A stretch of DNA of 64,000 nucleotides. Source: Methylophilaceae bacterium (GTDB lineage Bacteria; Pseudomonadota; Gammaproteobacteria; Burkholderiales; Methylophilaceae). The position numbers were made by a program, and so were the translations under genes. Positions 11,189 to 23,366 of this stretch are shown here, in pieces; the stretch's first letter is position 1; every line of letters begins with the position of its first letter. The notes beneath the pieces were generated by a model that worked only from the letters and a program-made list of their open reading frames with translations, had not been told where the DNA came from and searched no databases. Location: assembly GCA_036561085.1 (NCBI GenBank), contig DATBPY010000023.1, positions 8,367-72,366 of the forward strand. Reading direction: 5' to 3'.

Positions 11189-12022
11189 GTTGGCACATTA
11201 TATGTGGTTGCCACGCCGATTGGAAATCTGCAGGACATAACTTTTCGTGCGCTGGAGATACTCAAAGCGGCGGATATCATCGCTGCTGAAGATACCCGTC
11301 ACAGCGCCACCCTCCTTAACCACTTTGCTATCCAGACCAAACTTACCGCTCTGCATGAGCATAACGAACGCAGTGCGGGTGAAAAACTGATCGCCAAGAT
11401 GCAGGACGGGCAATCGGTAGCGTTGATCTCGGATGCCGGCACCCCGGCAATTTCCGACCCCGGCGCACTGCTGGTGAATCTGGCACACCAAGCCGGTATC
11501 CGCGTGGTACCTATCCCCGGTGCCAATGCGGCGATAGCAGCTTTGTCGGCCTCGGGGCTGCTGCTGCCGAGATTTCTGTTCATCGGTTTTCTACCGGCTA
11601 AAAGCGGGCATCGTAAACAAGTGCTGGAGGCGATAAGCGACGTACCCGCGACATTGGTATTTTACGAAGCACCTCATCGTATTGTTGAATGCGTCGTCGA
11701 TTTGGCTGCGATATTCGGCAATCGCCTACTAGTCTTTGCGCGAGAACTCACCAAAACTTTTGAAACTATCCATAGTTGTAGCGCCGACGTAGCCTTGGAG
11801 TGGCTCCAAGCCGACCCTAACCGGCAACGTGGCGAATTCGTGTTGCTAGTGGAAGGCGCCCCTCATCCTGATGAACAAGAGATCCCCAAGGATGCGCAGC
11901 GCACCTTGGAAATATTGTTAAGTGAACTTCCACTCAAACAAGCGGTAAAATTGGCGGCAGATATCAGCGGGGCAAAAAAGAACGCCCTTTACGAACTTGC
12001 ACTGACCTTGAAACCGACATGA
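11168..12022 (+). CDS. rsmI: 16S rRNA (cytidine1402-2'-O)-methyltransferase
   Basis: '[15 protein letters not shown]', 'AAEDTRH' and '[12 protein letters not shown]' match RsmI. The only in-frame start that keeps the conserved N-terminus is TTG at 11168. Confidence 0.9.
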   Translation: MNQPFDHVGTLYVVATPIGNLQDITFRALEILKAADIIAAEDTRHSATLLNHFAIQTKLTALHEHNERSAGEKLIAKMQDGQSVALISDAGTPAISDPGALLVNLAHQAGIRVVPIPGANAAIAALSASGLLLPRFLFIGFLPAKSGHRKQVLEAISDVPATLVFYEAPHRIVECVVDLAAIFGNRLLVFARELTKTFETIHSCSADVALEWLQADPNRQRGEFVLLVEGAPHPDEQEIPKDAQRTLEILLSELPLKQAVKLAADISGAKKNALYELALTLKPT

Positions 12023-13050
12023 CACAACTCATCATCACCCGCCCCGACGACTGGCACCTGCATTTGAGAGATGGCGATATGCTGCGCGATGTGTTGCCGG
12101 ATACTGCAAAACAATTCGCTCGCGCTATCGTCATGCCTAATCTCAAGCCGCCCGTTACTACCACGGAACACGCTATCGCTTATCGCAACCGCATTCTGGG
12201 GGTACTGCCGCAGGGCATGCCTTTCGAACCGTTGATGACGCTTTATCTAACCGACAATACGCCGCCAGCAGAGATCACCAAGGCGAAACAGAGCGGCGTG
12301 GTGCATGGCGTAAAACTTTATCCTGCGGGTGCGACAACCAACTCGGATGCCGGCGTGAGCGACCTTGCAAAATGTGATGCCGTACTGGAAGCCATGCAGA
12401 AACAGGGTTTACCGTTATTAGTACACGCCGAAGTCACCGATCCGGAGGTGGATGTATTCGACCGCGAAGCCGTATTCATTGAGCGTCATATGATTCCTTT
12501 GGTGAAGAAATTTCCTGCCCTGAAGATCGTGTTCGAACATATCACCACCAAGAACGCTGTGGATTTCGTCACCGCCGCAGCCGGTAACATCGCCGCTACT
12601 CTGACTGCGCATCATTTGCTCATGAACCGCAATGCCATGTTCGCCGGCGGCATGCGCCCGCATCATTACTGCCTGCCTGTGCTCAAACGCGAAAGCCATA
12701 GAAAAGCATTGGTCGCCGCTGCCGCTTCCGGCAATCCTAAATTCTTCCTCGGCACCGACAGCGCTCCGCATTCCAAGTCATCCAAAGAATCGTCTTGCGG
12801 TTGTGCGGGCATGTACACCGCCCATGCCGCAATAGAATTGTATGCAGAAGCTTTTGAGAAAGCAGGGGCGTTGGATAAGCTGGAAGCTTTCGCCAGTTTT
12901 TACGGTGCAGACTTTTACGGCCTGCCGCGTAATACGGACAGGATCACGCTGGTAAAAGAAAGCTGGACGGTGCCGGAAACGCTTAAGTTTAACGGCGAAC
13001 AACTGGTTCCGCTAAGGGCTGGGCAAAGCGTTGACTGGCGATTAAGCTAA
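12019..13050 (+). CDS. pyrC: dihydroorotase (homodimeric type)
   Basis: '[10 protein letters not shown]' metal-binding HxH motif. 343 aa. Confidence 0.9.
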   Translation: MTQLIITRPDDWHLHLRDGDMLRDVLPDTAKQFARAIVMPNLKPPVTTTEHAIAYRNRILGVLPQGMPFEPLMTLYLTDNTPPAEITKAKQSGVVHGVKLYPAGATTNSDAGVSDLAKCDAVLEAMQKQGLPLLVHAEVTDPEVDVFDREAVFIERHMIPLVKKFPALKIVFEHITTKNAVDFVTAAAGNIAATLTAHHLLMNRNAMFAGGMRPHHYCLPVLKRESHRKALVAAAASGNPKFFLGTDSAPHSKSSKESSCGCAGMYTAHAAIELYAEAFEKAGALDKLEAFASFYGADFYGLPRNTDRITLVKESWTVPETLKFNGEQLVPLRAGQSVDWRLS

Positions 13051-13060
13051 GTTTGCGGCT

Positions 13061-14539
13061 TTAATTGTCCAGTCCATCCAGCACCATCTCGGCTGCCCGT
13101 AATACGGCCCGTGCCTTATTCCGAGTTTCCGTCCACTCACTCTCAGGCACTGAGTCGGCCACGATACCTGCTCCAGCTTGCACGTAGAGCGTCTGGTCTT
13201 TAACTACTGCGGTGCGGATGGCAATCGCCAGATCCATATCTCCATTGAATCCCAGATACCCCACAGCACCTGCGTAGATGCCGCGTTTGGTGGGTTCCAG
13301 TTCGTCGATGATTTCCATCGCCCTGACCTTGGCAGCGCCGGATACGGTTCCGGCGGGGAAGGTGGCTTTTAGTACATCGATCGCATCCAGCCCCCGCTTG
13401 AGTTTGCCTTCGACATTAGAGACGATGTGCATGACGTGCGAGTAGCGTTCGATGATCATCTTGTCGGTGAGCGTGACACTGCCTTCTGTCGCGACACGAC
13501 CAACATCGTTGCGCCCCAGATCGATCAGCATGACATGTTCGGCGCATTCCTTAGGGTCAGCCAGCAGTTCTTCAGCCAGTGCGATATCCTGCTCGCGGGT
13601 TTGTCCACGCGGACGAGTACCGGCAATGGGACGCGAAGTGACCGTGTCGTTTTCCAGCCGCACCAATATCTCCGGCGAGGCACCCACCACATGATGGTCA
13701 TCCATATCGTAATAGAACATGTAGGGCGAGGGGTTGAGGCTGCGCAGGGCGCGATACAGCGACAACGGCTCGGCAGCAAAAGGTTGTGACATGCGTTGCG
13801 ACAGCACGACCTGCATGATGTCGCCATCGAAAATGTACTGTTTGGCTTTTTCTACTGCGGCTTTGAATCCGGCTTCGCCGAATTCGGAAGTCGCAGTGAC
13901 CGGCTTCATGGCGGGTGCCTCGGCAATCTGGGCCGGTTGACGTATGGTTTGTACCAGTTCCTGCAGCCGGTATCGTGCTTGCTCATAAGCACCCGGTTTG
14001 GCCGGATCAGCATGCACGATGAAAGTCAGCCGCCCTGAAAGGTTATCGATGACTGCCAGTTCTTCGGTAAGCAGCAGCAGAATGTCCGGGGTGCCGAGTA
14101 CATCCGGTTTTTGTGTGTGCGTAAGTTTATGTTCGATATAACGCACGGTTTCATAGCCGAAATAACCTGCCAGACCGCCGGTAAAGCGCGGCAAGTCTTT
14201 TAGCGGTGCGGCTTTGAATTGCGCTTGATAGTGTTTGATAAAGTCCAAAGGGTTCTTATCATCATGCGTTTCAATGACGGTAGAACCTTCGATCACTTGT
14301 ATCTGAGACCCGTAAATCTGGATGCGAGTGCTGGCAGGCAACCCGATGAAAGAGTAGCGTCCGAAACGCTCGCCGCCTTGCACAGATTCCAGTAAATAGG
14401 AGTAAGGCTTATTAGCGAGTTTCAGGTATAGAGATAGCGGCGTATCGAGATCTGCAAACGTCTCGGTCACCAGAGGAATACGGTTGTAACCTTGCTTGGC
14501 AAGTTCGTCGAACTGCTGTTGGGTAATGGAGTGCAGCAT
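13061..14539 (-). CDS. trpE: anthranilate synthase component I
   Basis: '[18 protein letters not shown]' and the C-terminal chorismate-binding region 'GIYAGAVGY'. Confidence 0.95.
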   Translation of the reverse strand: MLHSITQQQFDELAKQGYNRIPLVTETFADLDTPLSLYLKLANKPYSYLLESVQGGERFGRYSFIGLPASTRIQIYGSQIQVIEGSTVIETHDDKNPLDFIKHYQAQFKAAPLKDLPRFTGGLAGYFGYETVRYIEHKLTHTQKPDVLGTPDILLLLTEELAVIDNLSGRLTFIVHADPAKPGAYEQARYRLQELVQTIRQPAQIAEAPAMKPVTATSEFGEAGFKAAVEKAKQYIFDGDIMQVVLSQRMSQPFAAEPLSLYRALRSLNPSPYMFYYDMDDHHVVGASPEILVRLENDTVTSRPIAGTRPRGQTREQDIALAEELLADPKECAEHVMLIDLGRNDVGRVATEGSVTLTDKMIIERYSHVMHIVSNVEGKLKRGLDAIDVLKATFPAGTVSGAAKVRAMEIIDELEPTKRGIYAGAVGYLGFNGDMDLAIAIRTAVVKDQTLYVQAGAGIVADSVPESEWTETRNKARAVLRAAEMVLDGLDN

Positions 14540-14564
14540 GAAAATCCTTAAATGTTAAATGAGT

Positions 14565-14600
14565 AAAAAAGTGCCTGTGCTGTAAGGTTTCAGCAGCACC
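14565..14600 (-). terminator. candidate intrinsic terminator or attenuator between gph and trpE
   Basis: The minus-strand RNA is GGUGCUGCUG-AAACCUUA-CAGCA(CAG)GCAC followed by UUUUUU. That gives about 9 bp of stem with a 3-nt bulge. Confidence 0.5.
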
Positions 14601-14674
14601 ATCGCTCACTATTTATCAAAGGACTGTTCATCGGGTTCATGTTTTTCCGGCTAGGTCTTTATTATTCCGTTTTA

Positions 14675-15367
14675 TCACGCTTTTATTATCAGAGTGCTGG
14701 CTACCAAAATGCTGTCTACAACAGCATCAAGATCCAGATCGCGCACATCTGTACCGCGATTATAGCCGTAAGGCACACAAAACACATGACATCCGGCTGC
14801 TCTTGCTGCCTGGGTATCGTTCAGAGAGTCGCCGATCAGCAACATCTTATCCGGCGCGATACCGAATTTTTCGCATGCATGCAGTAGCGGTAGCGGGTCC
14901 GGCTTGCGTCTGGGCAGGCTGTCGCCGGAGAGTATCAGCTCAAAGTAATCGTACAGACCGGTATCCTTGAGTAAAGGAATCGTGAATTTTTCTGCCTTGT
15001 TGGTAATGCAGGCCAGGCGATAACCGGTTTGTTTCAGTACATCCAAACCTGCGATCACATCCGGGAATGGGCGGCTGCTCAGGCTGACCACTTCGGCGTA
15101 ATGTTTTTCGTAGATAGGTTGGGCGCGTGCGAAGGTCGCAGCATCGGGTTCGCCTTCCATGTCGCGGGCAAGCACGCGCTTGATCAGGCGCGATACTCCA
15201 TTGCCGACAAAAGTGGTGATGAGTTTTTCATCAATTGGGGGTAGCTGCAGTTCCGCCAACATACGGTTGGCGGCTTCAGCGAGATCGGGCGCGGTATGAA
15301 GCAGGGTACCGTCAAGGTCTATCACCACCGCTTCCACCGCTAGAGGGAGCGGGATGCTGTGCTTCAT
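14675..15367 (-). CDS. gph: phosphoglycolate phosphatase (HAD family)
   Basis: HAD motif I 'IDLDGTL'. Conserved rpe-gph-trpE context. Confidence 0.85.
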   Translation of the reverse strand: MKHSIPLPLAVEAVVIDLDGTLLHTAPDLAEAANRMLAELQLPPIDEKLITTFVGNGVSRLIKRVLARDMEGEPDAATFARAQPIYEKHYAEVVSLSSRPFPDVIAGLDVLKQTGYRLACITNKAEKFTIPLLKDTGLYDYFELILSGDSLPRRKPDPLPLLHACEKFGIAPDKMLLIGDSLNDTQAARAAGCHVFCVPYGYNRGTDVRDLDLDAVVDSILVASTLIIKA

Positions 15368-15374
15368 TTGCTAA

Positions 15375-15713
15375 TTATTCGTCTTTACTGTTTTTGCTAT
15401 CTTTAGAATCTTTACTATCCTTGCTGTCGTCATCCTTGCTATCTTCATCGTCTTTCGGTCTTACTGTGTTGCTCATGCTTGGATCGACCACGCCGTTCTT
15501 GATCTCGTCATCGGTCTTCTGCCAGCCGGAGAGTATGTGCGCGGGTGACTGCTTGGGGTTTTCTGCCATGCACACGCTAGGCTGTTTCTGCGCCAATCGG
15601 CATGCCGCGCCAATCGCTTGTGCGTCAGCCACTTTACTATCGACCAAACCGGCTAACTTATCGCAACCGTTGAGCATCAGAGCTGCCAATAAAAGTACGA
15701 GTATGCGCATCAT
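15375..15713 (-). CDS. small lipoprotein with acidic (D/S/K)n low-complexity tail
   Basis: Lipobox 'LNGC', two further Cys and a C-terminal 'DDEDSKDDDSKDSKDSKDSKNSKDE'. Its ATG directly abuts the rpe stop. Confidence 0.6.
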   Translation of the reverse strand: MMRILVLLLAALMLNGCDKLAGLVDSKVADAQAIGAACRLAQKQPSVCMAENPKQSPAHILSGWQKTDDEIKNGVVDPSMSNTVRPKDDEDSKDDDSKDSKDSKDSKNSKDE

Positions 15714-16412
15714 TTAGACCTTTCCTAGTTCGGCACGCAGGGCGCCTATAATGGAATCATAACGGTGCGGATCGCTTTCCTTGCCGGCGCCGAATAAGGC
15801 AGAACCAGCAACAAAAGTATCAGCTCCAGCACGGGCAATATCGGCAATATTAGCGACATTTACGCCGCCGTCAATCTCCAACCATATTTCACGCCCGGTC
15901 TCGGCAGTATAAGCGTCGATCTTGGCGCGCGCTAGACGTAGTTTGTTAAGCGCTTGAGGAATGAATTTTTGGCCGCCGAATCCGGGGTTCACCGACATCA
16001 GCAGGATCATGTCGATCTTGTCCATCACGTAGTCCATGTAATCGAGCGGGGTGGCGGGATTGAACACCAACCCGGCTTTGCATCCGTTATCTTTGATCAA
16101 TGCCAAGGTGCGATCGATATGATCGGAGCCTTCCGGGTGAAAAGTAATGATATTGGCGCCTGCTTTGGCGAAGTCGGGGATGATGCGGTCCACCGGTTTT
16201 ACCATCAGATGTACATCAATGATGGCATCGGTGACCGGGCGTAATGCTTCGCATACCAGAGGGCCTATGGTCAGGTTAGGTACGAAATGGTTATCCATGA
16301 CATCAAAGTGCACGATGTCAGCGCCTGAAGCGATCGCGTTAGTGACTTCTAGGCCCAGCGTGGCGAAATTGGCAGAAAGAATACTGGGGGCGATTCGAAA
16401 CTGTTTACCCAT
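15714..16412 (-). CDS. rpe: ribulose-phosphate 3-epimerase
   Basis: '[14 protein letters not shown]' and '[10 protein letters not shown]' motifs. Confidence 0.95.
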   Translation of the reverse strand: MGKQFRIAPSILSANFATLGLEVTNAIASGADIVHFDVMDNHFVPNLTIGPLVCEALRPVTDAIIDVHLMVKPVDRIIPDFAKAGANIITFHPEGSDHIDRTLALIKDNGCKAGLVFNPATPLDYMDYVMDKIDMILLMSVNPGFGGQKFIPQALNKLRLARAKIDAYTAETGREIWLEIDGGVNVANIADIARAGADTFVAGSALFGAGKESDPHRYDSIIGALRAELGKV

Positions 16413-16482
16413 GGCAAATCCTCAACATAAAGGTGCAAAAGTGGCTATTTTAACCATAATTGCGTCTTAAAACATAGTTTAG

Positions 16483-17079
16483 TCAAAGTGCCAGATGCCG
16501 CAGCAAGCTGGTCGCCAGCTTATCGCGGTCGGTGGTCGCCGCCAAATCGGACATCTGCGTGACTTCCATGCCCTGGAAACCGCAAGGGTCTATGGCGTGG
16601 AATGGAGACAAGTCCATGTCTACGTTGAGGCTCAAACCGTGATAACAGCAGCTGTTCTTAAGTCGCAAACCCAGCGAAGCGATCTTGCGCTCATCTACAT
16701 ACACTCCGGGTGCGTCGCTACGTGCGACGGCCTGAATATGATCTTCTGCCAAGAGCGCGATCACGGCATCTTCCATTCGGCTGACCAGTTGTCGTACATT
16801 GATACCGTAGCGTTTGATGTCCACCAACAGATACACGATCATCTGCCCCGGACCGTGATAAGTGATCTTGCCGCCGCGGTCGGTTTGCACCACCGGGATA
16901 TCGCTACGTAACGGAAGGGTGACGCCCTTTTTGTTCAAACCCAATGTATATACCGGAGCATGCTCGGTCAACCATAATTCGTCTGGAGTATGGTCTTTGC
17001 GGCTTGCGGTAAAGCTTTGCATGGCGTGCCAGGTGGTTTGATAGTCAGTCAATCCCAGCCGCTTGACAACGATATTCAC
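16483..17079 (-). CDS. lipB: octanoyltransferase (lipoyl(octanoyl) transferase)
   Basis: '[12 protein letters not shown]' signature. Confidence 0.9.
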   Translation of the reverse strand: MNIVVKRLGLTDYQTTWHAMQSFTASRKDHTPDELWLTEHAPVYTLGLNKKGVTLPLRSDIPVVQTDRGGKITYHGPGQMIVYLLVDIKRYGINVRQLVSRMEDAVIALLAEDHIQAVARSDAPGVYVDERKIASLGLRLKNSCCYHGLSLNVDMDLSPFHAIDPCGFQGMEVTQMSDLAATTDRDKLATSLLRHLAL

Positions 17080-17366
17080 AGTACCATACGCACCATGGGG
17101 TGAGCGGACAATTCACGATACAGATCATCCAGTTGCGGTTTGGAAGTGGCATTGACAGTACAAGTCAAACTGACATATTTTCCGCCGGAACTGACCTTCT
17201 GCGTGACGCTGTCAGGATCAAAATCCGGCGCATGACGCATCACGATATCTTGCACCACCTGCAAAAATTCGACTTGCGCCTCTCCCACAATCTTCAGAGG
17301 AAAGTCGCAAGGGAATTCCAACAAGGTTTCCCGTTCTTCTACAGTGTTGGTAATGATTTTAGTCAT
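17076..17366 (-). CDS. ybeD: YbeD-like DUF493 protein
   Basis: '[11 protein letters not shown]'. The internal ATG at 17366 overlaps the upstream aminotransferase stop. Conserved position ahead of lipB. Confidence 0.75.
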   Translation of the reverse strand: MTKIITNTVEERETLLEFPCDFPLKIVGEAQVEFLQVVQDIVMRHAPDFDPDSVTQKVSSGGKYVSLTCTVNATSKPQLDDLYRELSAHPMVRMVL

Positions 17367-18226
17367 AGTTGTGCCTGGCGCATCACGCGTTGTTTGTAAT
17401 CCTGATAAAGGCCGTACATCTTTCGGAATATGGGGCCGGATTTGCCGTTTCCAATCATTTGCCCATCCAGTTCGATGATGGGCATGATCTCTTTGGTGGA
17501 AGAAGTGAGCCATAACTCGTCGGCTGCGCGTATTCTTGTTTCAGTAAAACTCCCTATTTCCATAGTGATGTCATGTGCTTGAGCGAGTTCCAGTATCAAG
17601 TCATAGGTGATACCGGGCAACAAGTGATTATCTTTGGGAGGGGCCAGGATGCACCCGCGTTCTACTGCGAATATATTACTAGCCGAGCCTTCGGTAAGTA
17701 TGCCGTCACGAAACATGACCGTTTCCACTGCGCCTGCGTCTATTGCCAGTTGGCGCATCAGTACATTAGGCAGTAAGGCGATTGCCTTGATGTCGCAGCG
17801 ATCCCAGCGATTATCCGCCGCGCTGATGGCTTTGATGCCAGCTTCGCACTGTGCCTGCGTTGAAGTCACCAACGGGTTGCTCATCATGAACACGGTGGGC
17901 GGTGTGTTCCTGGGAAAAGCATGGTCGCGCGGAGCTACGCCACGGGTGATATGCAGATAAACAGACTGGTCTTCGCTTTCATTATTAGCTACCAGTTCGC
18001 TGATCAGTTTCGTCCATTCCGCGTCGGAGTAAGGGTTATCCAGACGAATGCCATTGAGGCTGGCTTGCAGGCGCTTTAGATGTTCCTGTAACCTGAAAAG
18101 ATGGCGTGAGTAGACGGGAATGACCTCGTAAACGCCATCACCAAAGATAAAACCGCGATCCAGCACCGGTATGAAGGCTTGTTCTATCGGCAGGAATTTT
18201 CCATTGAGATAAACGATTTGCGACAT
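17363..18226 (-). CDS. class IV aminotransferase (D-amino-acid transaminase-like)
   Basis: 'DRGFIFGDGVYEVIPVY' and 'EGSASNIF' motifs of fold-type IV PLP enzymes. Confidence 0.8.
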   Translation of the reverse strand: MSQIVYLNGKFLPIEQAFIPVLDRGFIFGDGVYEVIPVYSRHLFRLQEHLKRLQASLNGIRLDNPYSDAEWTKLISELVANNESEDQSVYLHITRGVAPRDHAFPRNTPPTVFMMSNPLVTSTQAQCEAGIKAISAADNRWDRCDIKAIALLPNVLMRQLAIDAGAVETVMFRDGILTEGSASNIFAVERGCILAPPKDNHLLPGITYDLILELAQAHDITMEIGSFTETRIRAADELWLTSSTKEIMPIIELDGQMIGNGKSGPIFRKMYGLYQDYKQRVMRQAQL

Positions 18227-18229
18227 ACG

Positions 18230-21200
18230 TTACTCCAGATTAGGTGCCAGCCAGCGTTCCAGATAATCTTTGGATAGGCCGCGCCGTTCGGCCATATCGG
18301 CTAGCTGGTCTTTGCCTATTTTGTCCACGCTGAAATATTTAGATTCGGCATGGGCAAAGTAGAAACCGGAAACCGATGCCGCAGGCAGCATGGCAAATGA
18401 TTCCGTAAGTGTCATGCCTATCTCTTCACACCCCAGGAATCTGAATAGATCTGCCTTGACCGTATGGTCGGGGCAAGCTGGGTAACCGGGAGCCGGACGT
18501 ATCCCCTGGTATTGTTCCTTGATCATTGCTTCTACGGTTAAATCCTCATTGGCGGCATAACCCCAGAAATCGGTGCGTACACGTTGGTGCAGATATTCGG
18601 CAAAGGCCTCTGCCAGGCGGTCTGCCAGTGCCTTGAGCATGATGCTGTTGTAATCGTCGTTATTGGCTTCGAATTTTTGTAGCTGTTTTTCAATGCCGAT
18701 GCCGCTGGTGACAGCGAAGAGTCCGATATAGTCTGGAGTACCTTTAGGCGCGATGAAGTCTGCTAGGCATTGATTCGGCTTGGGCACGCCATCGATCACA
18801 GGTTTCTCGGTCTGCTGACGCATGCCGTAGTAAGTGAATGCAACTTCCGAGCGGGTCTCGTCGCTATAGATCTCGATGTCGTCGTCATGCACGCTGTTGG
18901 CAGGCAGCAGTGCTACCACGCCGTTGGCGGTGAACCAGCGACCATCTATGATCTGCTTGAGCATCAGGCGCGCATCATTGAATACTCTGGTCGCAGCTTC
19001 ACCCACCACCTCATCCTTCAGTATCGCCGGATACGCACCTGCCAGATCCCATGTCTGGAAGAACGGGCCCCAGTCTATGTATTGGGCAATAGAGATCAAA
19101 TCTATATTGCTTAGTACGCGGCGTCCGATGAACTTGGGTTTGACCGGCGCATACTGGCCGGTGAATTCTAATTTAGCCTTGTTTGCACGTGCCCCCGCGA
19201 TACTCAGCATCGGTGTGCCTTTTTTATTGGCATGCTGGGTACGTGCTTTTTCGTAGTCATTCGCCACTTCGGCGATGTAAGCATCCCGCTGTTCCGGCGT
19301 GAGCAGCGACTGCATCACCGCTACCGAGCGTGACGCATCAGGCACATACACCACCGGCCCGTCATAATGCGGAGCGATCTTGACTGCAGTGTGGGCACGG
19401 GAAGTGGTTGCGCCGCCGATCAGCAATGGTGTTTTCAGGCCCAAAAAATACGGGTCGCGCTGCATTTCCCTGGCCACATGCGCCATCTCTTCCAGAGAAG
19501 GTGTGATCAGGCCAGACAAACCGACAATGTCCGCATTCTCAGCTTTTGCCATCGCCAAGATCTCTGAAGTCGGCACCATGACGCCCATATTCACCACTTC
19601 GAAGTTATTACATTGCAACACCACCGATACGATGTTTTTACCGATATCGTGCACGTCACCCTTGACCGTGGCGATGACGATCTTACCTTTAGCTTTGGCT
19701 TTGAAGCCGGTACGCTGCTCTTCCTTCAGTTTTTCTTCTTCGATGAACGGGATCAAATGTGCCACGGCCTGCTTCATGACGCGTGCCGATTTGACCACCT
19801 GTGGCAGGAACATCTTGCCTTGCCCGAACAGATCGCCCACTATATTCATGCCGTCCATCAATGGACCTTCGATAACATTGATCGGCCGCCCGCCATCATT
19901 GAATACCTGCTGGCGCGCTTCTTCGGTGTCCTCGACGATAAAGTCGGTGATGCCATGCACCAATGCGTGTGCAATGCGTTTACCGACCGGCACCGGAGCT
20001 TCAGGCGTACCGCGCCATTCCAATGTCGCTTCTTCTTTTTTGCCGCTGCCGGTCAAGGTCGCAGCAAACTCTATCATGCGTTCAGTCGCATCCGGACGAC
20101 GATTGAGCACCACATCTTCGGCGCGTTCGCGCAGTTCGGCGGGCAAGTCGTCATATACCCCGACCATACCGGCATTGACGATACCCATGGTCATGCCTGC
20201 CTTAATAGCGTGATACAGAAATACGGTATGGATCGCTTCGCGGGCAGGGTCATTACCGCGGAAACTGAAACTGACGTTGGAAACACCGCCGGAAATCTTG
20301 GCATAAGGCAGGTTTTCTTTGATCCAGCGCGTGGCATTAATGAAATCCACCGCATAGTTGTTATGCTCTTCAATACCTGTGGCAATGGCAAAGATATTGG
20401 GGTCGAAAATGATATCTTCCGGCGGAAAGTCGACCTTTTCAACCAATAGATCGTAGGCGCGTTTACAGATAGCAGTCTTGCGCTCAAAAGTATCTGCCTG
20501 GCCCTGTTCGTCGAACGCCATCACGATCACTGCCGCGCCATAACGGCGGCAAAGCTTGGCCTGGCGCAGGAATTCCTGCTCGCCTTCTTTCATGGAGATC
20601 GAATTGACAATGGACTTGCCTTGAACGCACTTCAAACCTGCTTCGATCACCGACCACTTGGATGAGTCGATCATGACCGGAACGCGCGCGATATCAGGCT
20701 CGGATGCAATCAGGTTGAGGAAGTGAGTCATGGCGGCAACCGCATCCAGCATGCCTTCATCCATGTTGATATCGATGACCTGGGCGCCGTTTTCTACCTG
20801 TTGTCGTGCGACAGCTAGAGCTTGATCGAATTGGCCACCCAGAATCATGCGCGCAAACGCTTTGGAGCCGGTGACATTGGTGCGCTCGCCGACGTTGACG
20901 AACAGCGAAGTGTCATCAATGGTAAAGGGTTCCAAACCGGACAGTCGCGTCGCATGTTGCGGTGCCGAAGGCTTGCGCGGAGCGATCTTACTCACCGTTT
21001 CGGCGATGGCCTGGATATGCGGCGGCGTAGTGCCGCAGCACCCGCCGGCGACGTTAACCAGACCGCTCTCGGCGAATTCTCTGATGAGCGAAGAAGTATC
21101 TGCCGGTTTTTCGTCAAAGCCGGTATCGCTCATGGGGTTGGGCAATCCGGCATTGGGATAAATGCAGACAAAAGTGTCGGAGGTTCTGGAGATTTCTTCG

Positions 21201-22060
21201 GCATAAGGTCGCATCAAAGCTGCACCTAATGCGCAATTCAAGCCCACAGTAAGCGGCTTGGCATGGCGTACCGAATTCCAGAATGCGGTAACTGTTTGTC
21301 CGGAAAGAATACGTCCGGAAGCATCGGTGACCGTGCCTGAGATCATGATAGGCAGGCGTTTGCCGCTTTCTTCAAAGAAGGTGTCTATGGCAAACAATGC
21401 GGCTTTGCAATTGAGTGTGTCGAAGATGGTTTCCACCAGCAGGATATCCGCGCCGCCTTCCACCAAACCCCGCGTTTGTTCCAGGTAGGCTGCGACGAGT
21501 TGGTCGAAAGTCACGTTGCGTGCTGCAGGGTCGTTCACATCAGGAGAGATGGACGCGGTTTTAGGGGTGGGTCCAAGAGCACCGGCAACGAAACGGGGTT
21601 TATCCGGAGTGGAATATTTGTCGCATGCGGCGCGCGCGATCCTGGCGGCTTCCACATTCATTTCGTAGGCCAGATGACCCATGTGGTAATCGTCTTGCGC
21701 TACGGTGGTCGCGCCAAAGGTATTGGTTTCAACGATATCGGCACCTGCTGCCAGATAGTTTTCGTGGATTTCCTGAATGATTTGAGGCTGAGTCAGGGTC
21801 AGGAGTTCGTTATTACCCTTAACGAATAATTCACGCGAGGGTACGGCTGGCGGCGCATGGTTCTTACCGCAGTTACAGCCGGTACCTTTGGGGCAGAATT
21901 CGATGCTGCCATCGCCGGGTTTGAAATCAGCGAAGCGTACGCCGCGATAGTCAGCCTCGGTCAGCTTGTATTGCTGAATCATGGTGCCCATGGCGCCGTC
22001 GAGAATGAGGATGCGCCGGGACAACAAGTCGCGCAATAATGTTTCTGTAGGGGAAATCAC
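18230..22060 (-). CDS. metH: cobalamin-dependent methionine synthase
   Basis: 1276 aa. Contains 'GGCCGTTP', the B12-binding '[11 protein letters not shown]' and the C-terminal AdoMet-activation domain. GTG start. Confidence 0.95.
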   Translation of the reverse strand: MISPTETLLRDLLSRRILILDGAMGTMIQQYKLTEADYRGVRFADFKPGDGSIEFCPKGTGCNCGKNHAPPAVPSRELFVKGNNELLTLTQPQIIQEIHENYLAAGADIVETNTFGATTVAQDDYHMGHLAYEMNVEAARIARAACDKYSTPDKPRFVAGALGPTPKTASISPDVNDPAARNVTFDQLVAAYLEQTRGLVEGGADILLVETIFDTLNCKAALFAIDTFFEESGKRLPIMISGTVTDASGRILSGQTVTAFWNSVRHAKPLTVGLNCALGAALMRPYAEEISRTSDTFVCIYPNAGLPNPMSDTGFDEKPADTSSLIREFAESGLVNVAGGCCGTTPPHIQAIAETVSKIAPRKPSAPQHATRLSGLEPFTIDDTSLFVNVGERTNVTGSKAFARMILGGQFDQALAVARQQVENGAQVIDINMDEGMLDAVAAMTHFLNLIASEPDIARVPVMIDSSKWSVIEAGLKCVQGKSIVNSISMKEGEQEFLRQAKLCRRYGAAVIVMAFDEQGQADTFERKTAICKRAYDLLVEKVDFPPEDIIFDPNIFAIATGIEEHNNYAVDFINATRWIKENLPYAKISGGVSNVSFSFRGNDPAREAIHTVFLYHAIKAGMTMGIVNAGMVGVYDDLPAELRERAEDVVLNRRPDATERMIEFAATLTGSGKKEEATLEWRGTPEAPVPVGKRIAHALVHGITDFIVEDTEEARQQVFNDGGRPINVIEGPLMDGMNIVGDLFGQGKMFLPQVVKSARVMKQAVAHLIPFIEEEKLKEEQRTGFKAKAKGKIVIATVKGDVHDIGKNIVSVVLQCNNFEVVNMGVMVPTSEILAMAKAENADIVGLSGLITPSLEEMAHVAREMQRDPYFLGLKTPLLIGGATTSRAHTAVKIAPHYDGPVVYVPDASRSVAVMQSLLTPEQRDAYIAEVANDYEKARTQHANKKGTPMLSIAGARANKAKLEFTGQYAPVKPKFIGRRVLSNIDLISIAQYIDWGPFFQTWDLAGAYPAILKDEVVGEAATRVFNDARLMLKQIIDGRWFTANGVVALLPANSVHDDDIEIYSDETRSEVAFTYYGMRQQTEKPVIDGVPKPNQCLADFIAPKGTPDYIGLFAVTSGIGIEKQLQKFEANNDDYNSIMLKALADRLAEAFAEYLHQRVRTDFWGYAANEDLTVEAMIKEQYQGIRPAPGYPACPDHTVKADLFRFLGCEEIGMTLTESFAMLPAASVSGFYFAHAESKYFSVDKIGKDQLADMAERRGLSKDYLERWLAPNLE

Positions 22061-22074
22061 TTCTGGTTTTGTAT

Positions 22075-23322
22075 TTAGTTTGCGTCTTTGTGCAGATTAC
22101 CGGCCCATTGCATTGCTGCCAGTTGTGCATCGCTGAGTTGAACAGGGCTGATATTCAACTCTTTTAATAGCTCAGCGACAGCATCGAATTCTTCGGTTTC
22201 ACATTTTTCTACCAATAATAGTAATTTGCCAAGGAACCCTTCACGGTTAAGGATCGCTTGCCGTACTTCGTCTATCAGGCCTAATTGATCGAGAATCTCA
22301 TTAATATCGACCCCAAGCGCTGCATCCACCAAAGACAGGATGCCTGTCATAAAAGCGTGGTCGGTGGCTTCCTGAGATGCATAACGCTTGTCTACATGGT
22401 GCTGACTGAGAAGTTCCATGGTCTTTGCCCGAACCGCGGCCATTTGCATCAACGGGCCGGCTGCCGTATTGCCGCTTTTTGCGTACATCAACAGTTGCAC
22501 CCACCGTTGTAGTTGCTGGCGACCGAGAATGACCAAAGCCTGGTGCAGAGTACCTATCTTACGCGTTAAACCCATGCCTACCGAGTTGACCAGGCGTAAT
22601 AGGCCCAACATCAGATCGGGGCTTTCCTTGAAAGGGCGCTCGATCTCGTCTACTTCGGCATCACTCATGAGCAGGCCAAGCGCACGTAATAGAGTGATTT
22701 GATTAGGGTTACTCTTTTTTGTCGAGAGTACCGAAGGTTTAGCAAAGAAATAGCCTTGATAGAGATTGAAATTCAATGTCTTGAAGTAATCGAATTCCTC
22801 TTGGGTCTCTACTTTTTCGGCCAACATTTTAAGGTGCGGCCAACGCTTGAGAATAGTTAAAGTCTTGGTGATCTCCTCACGGCTGGAGAGCATGACATCG
22901 AATTTGATGATATCCACGATGGGGAATAATGCGTCATAGACAGGCGTATATTCAAAATCATCCAGTGCCAAGCGGAATCCCTGAGCCTTGAGTTGGCGGC
23001 AACGCTCTATCACGTCGTTATCAATTTCTACCGTTTCCAGTAGTTCTATGACGATACGATTGTGAGGCAGCAATTCCAGCACATCACCCATTAACAGGGA
23101 GCGTGAGACATTGATGAAACCGGCATGATTCTCCAAGACGCTATCCAGACCCAGTTCACTGATCGTGTTGATAATGACAGTGGCCGAGGCCAGCAGATCA
23201 TCGGTTACACCCGCGGTAAGATGCTGACCGGAGCGGAACAATAATTCGTAGGCAAAAGTCCCCTGCTGGGCATCCAGAATAGGCTGCCTTCCAAGGAAAA
23301 TCTCTGTTGACTGATCATTCAT
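22075..23322 (-). CDS. EAL + HDOD domain c-di-GMP signalling protein
   Basis: EAL-type residues are retained ('YELLFR', 'IELLE', 'LDDF', 'KFD', 'EKVET', 'QGYFF'). The HDOD-type segment is '[12 protein letters not shown]....LHQALVILG'. Confidence 0.8.
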   Translation of the reverse strand: MNDQSTEIFLGRQPILDAQQGTFAYELLFRSGQHLTAGVTDDLLASATVIINTISELGLDSVLENHAGFINVSRSLLMGDVLELLPHNRIVIELLETVEIDNDVIERCRQLKAQGFRLALDDFEYTPVYDALFPIVDIIKFDVMLSSREEITKTLTILKRWPHLKMLAEKVETQEEFDYFKTLNFNLYQGYFFAKPSVLSTKKSNPNQITLLRALGLLMSDAEVDEIERPFKESPDLMLGLLRLVNSVGMGLTRKIGTLHQALVILGRQQLQRWVQLLMYAKSGNTAAGPLMQMAAVRAKTMELLSQHHVDKRYASQEATDHAFMTGILSLVDAALGVDINEILDQLGLIDEVRQAILNREGFLGKLLLLVEKCETEEFDAVAELLKELNISPVQLSDAQLAAMQWAGNLHKDAN

Positions 23323-23366
23323 GCGTTATTAATTTTCGATACCAGTTGCAAATTTAAGTTCAAATG

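Noticed and set aside
19380-20449. Two overlapping ~277-aa plus-strand ORFs antisense to metH
   Set aside because: They lie entirely within metH, have no motifs, and their composition mirrors the metH codon bias. They are shadow ORFs. The same reasoning applies to 3352-4206 (asmA), 44129-44846 (moaA), 48796-49503 and 49792-50364 (flhA), and 55584-56126 (the PhoH-like gene).
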